Shown piece after piece: positions 11,301 through 23,300 of a stretch of 64,000 nucleotides of DNA. Under the pieces are notes generated by a model that saw only the letters and a list, made by a program, of their open reading frames with translations, was not told where the DNA came from and made no database searches. The position numbers were made by a program, and so were the translations under genes. The first letter of the stretch is position 1. Each line of letters starts with the position of its first letter. Source of the stretch: Sphyrna mokarran (Eukaryota); the NCBI GenBank assembly GCA_024679065.1, contig JAGIQG010000009.1, positions 91,512,001 through 91,576,000 of the forward strand. The letters are read 5' to 3'.

Positions 11301-14300
11301 CAGGGGTCAGTGCTGGGGGGACTGAGTTCAGTGGCCCAGGGGTCAGTGCTGGGGGACTGAGCTCAGTGTTCCAGGGGTCAGTGCTGGGGGACTGAGTTCA
11401 GTGTCCTAGGGGTCAGTGCTGGGGGACTGAGTTCAGTGGCCCAGGGGTTAGTGCTGCGACACTGAGTTCAGTGTCCAGGAGTCAGTGCTGGAAGACTGAG
11501 AAGTGACCAAGCGGACAGTGCTGGGGGACTCACCTCAGTGTTGCAGGGGTCGCTGGTGGGGGACTGAGCTCAGTGTCCCAAGGGGTCAGTGCTGGAGGAA
11601 TGAGTTCAGTGTCCCAGTGGTCAGTGCTGGGGGACTGAGCTCAGTTTCCCAAGGGGTCAGTGCTGGGGGACTGAGTTCAGTGTCCCAGGAGTCAGTGCTG
11701 GGGGACTGAGCTCAGTGTTCCAGGGGTCAGTGCTGGGGGACTGAGTTCAGTGGCCCAGGGGTTAGTGCTGCGGCACTGAGATCAGTGTCCAGGAGTCAGT
11801 GCTGGAAGACTGAGATGTGACCAAGCGGACAGTGCTGGGGGACTCACCTCAGTGTTGCAGGGGTCGCTGGTGGGGGACTGAGCTCAGTGTCCCAGGGGTC
11901 AGTGCTGGGGAATTGAGCTCAGTATCCCAGGGGTCAGTGCTGGGGGACTGAGTTCAGTCCCCCAGGGGTCAGTGATAGAGGACTGAGTTCAGTATCCCAA
12001 GGGTCAGTGCTGGGAGACTGAGTTCAGTGGCCCAGGGGTTAGTGCTGCAGCACTGAGTTCAGTGTCCAGGAGTCAGTGCTGGAAGACTGAGATGTGACCA
12101 AGCGGACAGTGCTGGGGGACCCACCTCAGTGTTGCAGGGGTCGCTGGTGGGGGACTGAGCTCAGTGTCCCAAGGGGTCAGTGCTGGGGGACTGAGCTCAG
12201 TGTCCTCAGAGGTCAGTGGTGGGGGACTGAACTCAGTGTCCCAAGGGGTCAGTGCAGGGGGACTGAGCTCAGTGTCCCAAGGTGTCAGTGCTGGGGGACT
12301 GAGTTCAGTGTCCCGAGGTGTCAGTGCTGGGGGACTGAGCTCAGTGTCCCAAGGGGTCAGTGCTGGGGACTGAGCTCAGTGTCCAAGGGGTCAGTGCTAG
12401 TTGAATGAGTTCAGTGTACCAGGGGTCAGTGCTGGGGGACTGAGTTCAGTATCCCAGGGGTCAGTGCTGGGGGACTGAGCTCAGTGTACCAGGGGTCAGT
12501 GGTAGGTGACTGAGTTGTCTCCCAGAGGTCAGTGCTGGGGGAGTGAGATCAGACTCCGAGGGGTCAGTGCTGGGGGACTCAGTTTAGTGGCTCAAGGGTC
12601 AGTGCTGGGAGACTGAGTTGTGTCCCAGTGGTCAGTGCTGGGGGACTCAGCTCAGTGTTGCAGGGGTCAGTGCTGGGGGACTGAGCCCAGTGTTCCAGGG
12701 GTCAGTGCTGGGGGACTGAGCCCAGTGTCCCAGGGGTCAGTGCTGGGGGACTGAGTTCAGTATCCGGGGTCAGTGCTGGGGACTGAGTTCAGGTCCCAGG
12801 GGTCAGTGCTGGGGGACTGAGTTCAGTATCCCAGGGGTCAGTGCTGGGGGCTGAGTTCAGTATCCCAAGGGGCAGTGCTGGGAGACTGAGTTGTGTACCA
12901 GCGGTCATTGCTGGGGGACTGAGCTCAATGTCCAGGGGTCAATGCTGGGGGACTGAGTTCAGTGTCACAGGGGTCCGTGCTGTGGGATGAGATCAGTGTC
13001 CCAGGGGTCAGTGGTGTGTGACTGAAATCAGTTTCCCAGGGGTCAGTGCTGGGACACTGAGCTCAGTGTTCCAGGGGTCAGTGCTGGGGACTGAGTTCAG
13101 TGTCCCAGGGGTCAGGGCTGGGGGACTGAGTTCAGTGTCCGGGTCAGTGCTGGGGGACTGAGTTCAGTGTCCCAGGGGTCAGTGCTGGGCGACTGTGTTC
13201 AGTGTCCCAGGGGTCAGTGCTGGGGGACTGAGCGTTCCAGGGGTCAGTGCTGGGGGACTGAGTTCAGTGTCCTAGGGGTCAGTGCTGGGGGACTGAGTTC
13301 AGTGGCCCAGGGGTTAGTGCTGCGGCACTGAGTTCAGTGTCCAGGAGTCAGTGCTGGAAGACTGAGATGTGACCAAGCGGACAGTGCTGGGGGACTCACC
13401 TCAGTGTTGCAGGGGTCGCTGGTGGGGGACTGAGCTCAGTGTCCCAAGGGGTCAGTGCTGGAGGAATGAGTTCAGTGTCCCAGTGGTCAGTGCTGGGGGA
13501 CTGAGCTCAGTTTCCCAAGGGGTCAGTGCTGGGGGACTGAGTTCAGTGTCCCAGGGGTCAGTGCTGGGGGACTGAGCTCAGTGTTCCAGGGGTCAGTGCT
13601 GGGGGACTGAGTTCAGTGTCCTAGGGGTCAGTGCTGGGGGACTGAGTTCAGTGGCCCAGGGGTTAGTGCTGCAGCACTGAGTTCAGTGTCCAGGAGTCAG
13701 TGCTGGAAGACTGAGATGTGACCAAGCGGACAGTGCTGGGGGACCCACCTCAGTGTTGCAGGGGTCGCTGCTGGGGGACTGAGCTCAGTGTCCCAGGGGT
13801 CAGTGCTGGGGAATTGAGCTCAGTATCCCAGGGGTCAGTGCTGGGGGACTGAGCTCAGTGTCCCAGGGGTCAGTGCTGGGGGGACTGAGTTCAGTGGCCC
13901 AGGGGTCAGTGCTGGGGGACTGAGCTCAGTGTTCCAGGGGTCAGTGCTGGGGGACTGAGTTCAGTGTCCTAGGGGTCAGTGCTGGGGGACTGAGTTCAGT
14001 GGCCCAGGGGTTAGTGCTGCAGCACTGAGTTCAGTGTCCAGGAGTCAGTGCTGGAAGACTGAGATGTGACCAAGCGGACAGTGCTGGGGGACTCACCTCA
14101 GTGTTGCAGGGGTCGCTGGTGGGGGACTGAGCTCAGTGTCCCAAGGGGTCAGAGCTGGAGGAATGAGTTCAGTGTCCAAAGGGGTCAGTGCTGGAGGAAT
14201 GAGTTCAGTGTCCAAAGGGGTCAGTGCTGGGGGACTGATCTCAGTGTCCCAAGTGGTCAGTGGTGGGGGACTGAGCTCAGTGTCCAAAGGGGCAGTGCTG

Positions 14301-17300
14301 GGGGACTGAGCTCGGTGTCCCGAGGGGTCAGTGGTGGGGGACTGAACTCAGTGTCCCAAGGGGTCAGTGCAGGGGGACTGAGCTCAGTGTCCCAAGGGGT
14401 CAGTGCTGGGGACTGAGCTCAGTGTCCAAGGGGTCAGTGCTAGTTGAATGAGTTCAGTGTACCAGGGGTCAGTGCTGGGGGACTGAGTTCAGTATCCCAG
14501 GGGTCAGTGCTGGGGGACTGAGCTCAGTGTACCAGGGGTCAGTGGTAGGTGACTGAGTTGTCTCCCAGAGGTCAGTGCTGGGGGAGTGAGATCAGACTCC
14601 GAGGGGTCAGTGCTGGGGGACTCAGTTTAGTGGCTCAAGGGTCAGTGCTGGGAGACTGAGTTGTGTCCCAGTGGTCAGTGCTGGTGGACTCAGCTCAGTG
14701 TTGCAGGGGTCAGTGCTGGGGGACTGAGCCCAGTGTTCCAGGGGTCAGTGCTGGGGGACTGAGCCCAGTGTTCCAGGGGTCAGTGCTGGGGGACTGAGCC
14801 CAGTGTTCCAGGGTCAGTGCTGGGGGACTGAACTCAGTGTCCCAGGGTCAGTGCTGGAGGACTGAGTTCAGTATCCCAGGGGTCAGTGCTGGGGGACTGA
14901 GTTCAGTTACCCAGGGGTCAGTGCTGAGGGACTGAGTTCAGTGTCCCAAGGGGTCAGTGCTGGGGGACTGAGTTCAGTATCCCAGGGGTCAGTGCTGGGG
15001 GACTGAGTTCAGTCCCCCAGGGGTCAGTGATAGAGGACTGAGTTCAGTATCCCAAGGGTCAGTGCTGGGAGACTGAGTTGTGTCCCAGCGGTCATTGCTG
15101 GGGGACTGAGCTCAATGTCCAGGGGTCAATGCTGGGGGACTGAGTTCAGTGTCACAGGGGTCCGTGCTGTGGGATGAGATCAGTGTCCCAGGGGTCAGTG
15201 CTGGGACACTGAGCTCAGTGTTCCAGGGGTCAGTGCTGGGGGACTGAGTTCAGTATCCCAGGGGTCAGTGCTGGGGGACTGAGTTCAGTCCCCCAGGGGT
15301 CAGTGATAGAGGACTGAGTTCAGTATCCCAAGGGTCAGTGCTGGGAGACTGAGTTGTGTCCCAGCGGTCATTGCTGGGGGACTGAGCTCAATGTCCAGGG
15401 GTCAATGCTGCGGGACTGAGTTCAGTGTCACAGGGGTCCGTGCTGTGGGATGAGATCAGTGTCCCAGGGGTCAGTGCTGGGACACTGAGCTCAGTGTTCC
15501 AGGGGTCAGTGCTGAGGGACTGAGTTCAGTGTCCCAGGGGTCAGGGCTGGGGGACTGAGTTCAGTGTCCCAGGGGTCAGTGCTGGGGGACTGAGTTCAGT
15601 GTCCCAGGGGTCAGTGCTGGGCGACTGTGTTCAGTGTCCCAGGGGTCAGTGCTTGGGGACTGAGCTCAGTGTCCCACGGGTCACTGCGGGACTGAGTTCA
15701 GTGTCCCGGGGCAGTGCTGGGGACTGAGTTCAGTGCCCAGAGGTCAGTGCTTGTGGACTGAGTTCAGTATCCCAAGGGTCAGTGCAGGGACTGAGTTCAG
15801 TGTCCCAGGGGTCAGTGCTGGGCGACTGTGTTCAGTGTCCCAGGGGTCAGTGCTGGGGGACTGAGCTCAGTGTCCCAGGGGTCACTGTTGGTGGACTGAG
15901 TTCAGTGTCCCACCGGTCAGTGCTAGGGTCTGAATGCAGTGCCCCAGGGGTCAGTGATGGGTGACTGAGCTCAGTGTCCCAAGGGGGTCATTGCTGGAGA
16001 CTCAGTTCAGTGTCCCAGGGGTCAGTTCTGGGGGACTGAGTTCAGTGTCCCAGGGGTCAGTGCTGGGGGACTGAGTTCAGTGTCCCAGGGGTCAGTGCTC
16101 GGGGACTGAGTTCAGTGTCCAGGGGTCAGTTCTGGGGGACTGAGCTCAGTGTAAGGTTATGAATCAATACGCTGATTCTCTCTGTCTGTTCTTACCGGAT
16201 GTCTGGTTTGTGATCTTCAGCACTGTATTCAGATTCTCCTTTGCCGTGTCTGAGTGTGAGTTCACCATTCCTGTGATATAATCCCAGAATTCAGGGGTGA
16301 TATTTTCAGCCATGAACCTCTGCCTGGGAGTGCAGCGACGGATATTAGTGTCATGATATCCTATTTGGACACCATTCAGCATTCCAATACTTGTGACCTC
16401 AGGAAAATCTTCTCTCCCAGACACAGCAGTGTACAACACTGTGAGTGTGTCAGTGTCTGTAAAAGAAACAGTTAAAAGGACGGGTCAATAAACGCCATCT
16501 GATCATCAGAACAATCTCACGGGACTTCACCATCCCCTCTCCTCCCGTCCCCAATCACTACCCGTACAGAGCCCCCAAACACAATCCCCTATTCCCGAAC
16601 ATCACCCCTCACCAATCACCACAACTCCCAATCACCATCCTCTCCCTGAGCACCATCCTCTCCCCGAGCACCATCCTCTCCGTGAGCACCACCCTCTCTC
16701 CCGATTATCACCCCTTACCCCGATCACTACCCCCTCCCCCAATCACCAACCCCCATGTCCGATCACCACCCTCTCTCCTGATTTCTACCCCCTCACCCCG
16801 ATCATCACCCTCTCTCTTAATTAACACTCACTCCCCAATCATCATCCCCCTCCCTATCACGACCCCTACCTCCCAATAACCATCCTCGTCTCCTCCTCCC
16901 GATCACCACACCCTCTCTTCCCGATCACCCACCCCTCCCCTGGTCACCACCCCCTCCTCCCAATCACCATCAGAGCCACCCCTCCCCCACCCCTTCCGAC
17001 GAACACCACCCCGAATGGGCCAGTAATACAGTCTGGGAGGCTGTGTAATCGGCCATCAGTGTCCGCGTCCTGCTACAGAGGTCCGGGGACCAGTGTCAGA
17101 AAAGGATGAACAACCTTCTTTGGGCAGGAAGAGTCAGTGTCCATCCCATCCCGATATCGTTCCTGTCTGTCGCGCTTGCAATGTCGAGCCACCCGCCTGA
17201 CACTCTGCAGCCTCCCAGCACCCGGCCTCCAAGCATATTCCTCCAACCCCGCAGGCACCCCCACTTACAACCACAGACTGCCGAGGCACAGCCCCGATAA

Positions 17301-20300
17301 ACCCACCCTATCACCCCACCTCCGACACCCTGTGTCCTTATAGCCATCAGGTTTTCAATCCCTCCTTTCTCTCCATGGGATGAAGTTGACCATAAGCACC
17401 AGGATCATGCCCTTGGGTAGGGTCTCCGAGCTGCACCTCCTCACTACCTTTGAGGATGGCTATGGAGTCAACAGGGAAAGGTGAGGAGAATGGAATATAA
17501 AAGTAGGGAAAGCTTGCTAAAATTATACAAGACACCAGTTAGACCACATGTGGAAAACTGTGATCAGATTTATTCTCCTTATCTCAGGGAAAATATACTG
17601 GCATTGGAAGCAGTCCGGAGAAGGTTCACCAGGTTGATACTGAGTATGGAGGGATTTTCTTATGAGGAGAGGTTGAGTAGATTGCGCCTGTACTCATTGG
17701 AGTTGAGCAGAATGAGAGGTGACCTTATTGAGACATATCGGATTCTCAGGGGTTTGACAGGGTAGATGTTGAGAGGTTGTTTCTCCCTGTGGAAGAATTC
17801 CAAGACTGGGGATGGGGTCCCCGAGCTGCATCTCCTCAATGCCTCTGAGGAGCGCGATGGGGCTAGCAGGGAAGGGTGAGGAGGGAATGGTCACTGATGG
17901 TCAGGTCAGGGTTCACCATGATAGTGAGCATTTCCAAAACCCGAGTTCAAATGGCTCAATCCAGGTAATGGCATACTGCCCAGACACTTGTCCCTTTCTA
18001 CTTTCCTTGTATTCTTCTGGAATACGAGGAAAGTGGAAAGAAAGTTAAGCAAGGAGTAAGGACGGCTAAAAAGGATCATATAAAAACACTGGCCAGCAGG
18101 ATTAAGGAAAATCCCAAGGCTTTTTATACATAAGTAAAGAGCAAGAGGGTAGCCATGGAAAGGATTGGCCCACTCAAGGACAAGGGAGGGAATGTATGTG
18201 TGGAGTCAGAGGTAATGGACAAAATATTAAATAAATAGTTTGCATCAGTATTCACCAAAGAGAATGACTTGGTGGATGATGAGTCTGGGAAAAGATGGGT
18301 AGATAGTTTGAGTGATGTTGCGATCAAAAAGGAGATGTATTGCGGTTCTTGAGCGACATTAAAGTAGAGAAGTCCCCAGGGGCTAATGGGATTTACCCCA
18401 GAATACTGAGAGAGACAAGGGAGGAAATTGCTGAGGCCTTGAGAGAAATCTTTGTATCTTCACTGGCTCCAGGGGAGGTCCCAAAGGATTGGAGAATAAC
18501 CAATGTTGTGCCTTTGTTTAAGAAGGGTAGCAAGAAAATCCAGGTTATTGCAGGCTGGATCATCAGTGGTAGGGAAAATTATTGGAGCGGATTCTTCGAG
18601 ACAGGATTTATTCCCACTTGGAAATAAGTAGACATATTAGTGAGAGGCAACATGGTTTTGAGAAGGGGAGATCATGTCTCACAAACATGATCGAGTTTTT
18701 CAAGAAAGTGATGAAGATGATTGATGAGGGTAGGGCAGTGGATGTTGTCTACATGGACTTCAGTAAGGCCCTTGACAGGATCCCTCATGATAGACTGATG
18801 TAAAAGGTAAAGTCACATGGGATCAGAGATGAGCTGACAAAGTGGATATGAAACTAACTCGGTCAAAGAAGACAGAGGGTAGCAGTGGAAGGATGCATTT
18901 CTGAATAGAAGGCTGTGACTAGTGCTGTTCCTCAGGGATCAGTGCTGAGATCGTCGCTGTTTGTAACATATATAAATGATTTGCAGGAAAATGTCACTGA
19001 TTCGATTAGAAAGTTTGCAGATGACACAAATGTTGGTGGTTTTGATGATAGCAATGATGAACATCAAAGGATACAGCAGGATATAGATCAGTTGGAGAAT
19101 TGCACGGAAAAAAGGCAGATGGGGTTTAATCCAGACAAATGTGAGGTAATACATTTTGGAAGGTCTAATACGGATAGAAAATGTACAGTAAATGGCAGAA
19201 TCCTTAAGAGTATTGATAGGCAAAGGGATCTGAATGTACAGGTACACAGGTCACTCACTGAAAGTGACAATAGAGTTAGAGAAGGTGGTCAGGAAAGCAA
19301 ATGGTATGATTGCCTTCATTGGACGGGCGATTGAGTTTAAAAATTTGCAAGTCATGTTGACGCTTTATAGAATCTTAGTTAGGCCGCACTTGGAATATAG
19401 TGTTCAATTCTGGTCACCATATTACCAGCAGGATGTGGAAGCTTTGGAGAGAGTACAGAAAAAATATACCAGGATGTTGCCAGGTATGGAGGGCATTAGC
19501 TATGAGGAGAGATTGGAGAAACTTGGTTTGTTCTCACTGGAACAACAGAGATTGAGGGGTGACTTGATAGAAGTCTACAAGATAATGAGAGGCATGGACA
19601 GAGTGGATAGTCAGAAGCTTTTTCCCAGGGTGGAAGAGTCATTTACTAGGAGGCACAGGTTTAAGATGCAAGAGTTTAAAGGAAATGTATGAGGCAGATT
19701 TTTTTACACAGAGAGCAGTGGGTGCCTGGAACGTGTTGCTGGGGGAGGTAGTGGAAGCAGAGACAGTGCTGAGTTTTAAGGGGCATCTTGACAAGTATAC
19801 GAATAGGATGGGAATAGAGGGATATGGTCCTGGAAAGATCGGGGGTTTTAGACCAGTGAGGCAGCATGGTCAGTGCAGGCTTGGAGGGTCAAAGGGCCTG
19901 TTCCTGTGGTGTAATTTTCTTTGCTCTTTGTTCTCTTGACTGAACCTTGTGTTATCTGTTACAGGAAATGATCCAGATGCATTAAACCCTCCCACTCCGC
20001 TCCTCCTAAGATGCACAATGGCAGCTGGAAGAAAACCTCGGAGGAAGGCCCCGAGGAAATCGTCAAGCTCAGCATTTCTCAATTGACACCAGCTTCCACC
20101 ACACAATCCACCAGCGCAGATACGATCAGCTCAGTGGGACAAGTTAGTGCTGAGGCTTCTGGGTCACTTACTGGTGGGGTCACACAGCCTTTAATCTACA
20201 TCGGGTAAAGGTGGGAATGTCGACGGTTCGGGCACACGGAGTTCTTCCAGAGCTAAGGATGCATCTGGCCCCAAGCCAAGTGCTAGGCCTCTGGGATCGG

Positions 20301-23300
20301 TCATCCCGAAACTGCTGGAGCTCCATCAGCAGCAACGGTGGAGGGACTGTCAGCAACACTGCATCAGCTGTGAGGCTTTTGGAGGAATCTAACAGATTTC
20401 TGTCACAGGAGGTGGTACCGGTACAGTGTGGTACTCAGACTAACACTGCAAGAGTTGCATCCACAGTGGAAAGCCTGGGGTAAGGATTGGTCACCATGGT
20501 TGACAGGGTACAGACCATCCTGGAGACACAGCCATGGCTGCGAGCCTCAAACTTGATCCAGTCTCAGGGGGCATCGCTGAGGGCTTGTACACCATGGGGC
20601 AGATGTAGTTGGCGATTCCAGGACTGACAGAGCCACATGATGCTGAGGCTTTTGACTTCAGCTGGTCCACCGTCCCATGGAGTATACCTGATAGATATGG
20701 GCACACGGAGAAAGGAGGGAGGTTTGGAGCCCATGCTGGGGCCTTCCCCAGACACCAGACATCCCTAAATCTTCTGATTCCATCCCCCACCCTTTCCTAA
20801 CACCAGAGCATCTCATGGGCAGTGGGATGAACAGGGTGGTATGGCTACACCAGTGTCATACGCAAGTCAGCCAGACACCTCCAGGTCTCAGCCCGCCCAG
20901 GGGTCTCTCACCAAGGGGATCACAGGCCATGGGGTGTGGAATGCAGTGGGATGTCTCTTCATCCAATGTGCATCCTGAGGGATCACCCTGGTGCAGTAAA
21001 AGAAATTGTAAAATTCAGAAGTTCCAGTGTCATCAGGATGGCATGAGTCAGAAAAAGGACAATCGATACTGTTTAGAATGACATACCCCTGTTATATTGT
21101 ACAATTAAATATCATCCCTTTATGTTATTTGTACTGTTAGTTGCACCAAGAAATATTATTGCACCCCCAACTGTGACTAATCTTTCTGTGATTCCTACCC
21201 TACAGGGATGACCGTATCCTGACCGCACACAAAGAGGCGCAGAACGTCATGCTGTGTGACAGAGGCCCTTCGGCCAGTAGGCACAGACAGCCTGCCCTGG
21301 TATCTCCAGCACCCAATGCACCCTGTGGCAAACTGTCCCCCTCTGCACCCACAGCGTTTTGTTCCCCCCTTAAACCCACACAGTCCACTGACTGCACGTT
21401 TATATCCGAGCCCCACATTCATACGTGTGCCCAGTGCCAGTGTAAACAGAGAGGGCAGGTAGGATTCAGATCTGTGTGGCACCAGAGCAACATCACAGTG
21501 TGCTGCAGAGTGAGTCATCATCACCCTCCTGCCTGGACCAAGGACTCACTAGCATGCCTTGCCCACTCCCATCACCCTGGTGTGATGCCATTTGGATCCT
21601 TGTCCCCCACCAACCATACCGGCAGCCTGAGCTGCTCCTCAAAGAGCCCCGGGAATGTCCGATCTCCGGAGGATGTAGCTGTTGTGCACACACTCCCTGG
21701 GTGTTGTACACACACGTACATGATATTCAGCCTGTGGTCACGGACAATAGAACATAGAACATAGAACATAGAACAATACAGCACAGAACAGGCCCTTCGG
21801 CCTTCGATGTTGTGCCGACCAAAATAAAAAGCAATGCCCCTCCTACCTAAACCATTCCCTTCTCATCCATATACTTATCCACTAACCTCTTAAACGCCAC
21901 CAAACTTGGCGCTTCTACAACAGCTGCAGGCAGGGCATTCCACTCCCTAATCACTCTTTGAGTAAAGAACCTACCTCTGATATCCGTCCTATAACTCATA
22001 CCCCTTAATTTAAAGTTGTGTCCCCTCGTGCTAGCTTTCTCCATCCTAGGAAAAAGGCTATCACTGTCCACCCTATCCAAACCTCTAATTATCTTATATG
22101 CTTCAATAAGATCCCCCCTTAGCCGCCTCCTTTCTAACGAAAACCAATCTGCATCTGAATCTGCACATCTGAATCTGAATCTGAATCAGAATCTGAATCT
22201 GAATCTGAATCTGAATCTGAATCTGCACATTCAGGAGATGAAGTGCAGTCCCTGATCATGTGGGATCCACTGGATAATGTGAATGCCATCTCGAGTCCTC
22301 TGCACATGGGGCAGTGCAGTGATGGTGGTGAAACCTGCAGTCCGGGCTTCCTGTTGGGCCTGATCCATGTTGAAGTGGATGTAATTGGTTGGATTGCTGG
22401 GACGATCTGGTGGTGTAGAAGTTCAGGGCACCGTGACCTTCACTGCCACTGGGAGTGGGTGTCCTCTTGTGCCTCGAGTTCCCAGGTCTGAGGAGCTGAA
22501 ACAGGTGCCACACTGTCTCCTTACTGAGACGGAGCCGACAGCATCATGTGGCCTCCATCATCCCTGCAAAGCATCTACAAGTGCTGTACACACTGATCCT
22601 CCACCTCCTCCTTCCCCTGCCCCCCTCCTAGGTGGCAGGATGAACTGCCATGTCCGGGCCCTGACAGGCAGCCCCCTGCCCTCCTGCTGTGGCTTCTGCC
22701 TTCTGGCCACGCAGGGAGGGAAGAGGAGTGGGTTTGCCAGGCTATCCATTGCAGACCCTTGAAGCTTGCGTATAGTTGCCATCACCGCAGTACCTTGCAG
22801 GTATATGTGGCATTTCAGACAGTCGGGACAGGGGCAGCCTCGTGACTATCACAGGATGAGTTCCCATCGCAGGCAGCAGTGCAGAGTCCAGGCAGTGTGA
22901 AGAGCCATGTTAACAACTGCACAGCTCCTGTGCTTGGAACAGCAGCTGACAGAGCTGCTGTCTGTTACTGTTACTGGGCCCTGGGATACAAGGTCTGGAG
23001 TCAGCCGCAGTGCCTGTCCAGCAGACAGACAGCAAAACAAATTTTTGTGGGTTGGTGATGAACATTATGTGGCACCTTTCGGGGGTCTCTGTGTAGCCAG
23101 GGGAAATGTGTGCACCATGAACCTGCTGCAAATGGTGACTCCCAGCACTGGTCCCCCCGGGGGAGGTGGTGGTGAAGTGGACTAGTCCTGAGACTGAGGG
23201 AAATAATCTGGCACCTGGGTTCGAATCCCACCATGGCAAATGGTGAAATTTGAATTCAATACAAGTCTGGAATTAAAAATCTAATGGTGACCAGGAACTG

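Noticed and set aside
11230-16151. 35-bp palindromic repeats as a CRISPR array
   Set aside because: Head-to-tail units with no unique spacers, no cas genes, vertebrate intron.
21100-22620. Domesticated HARBI1 host gene
   Set aside because: Multiple stops, frameshifts and a CR1 insertion indicate a dead transposon.
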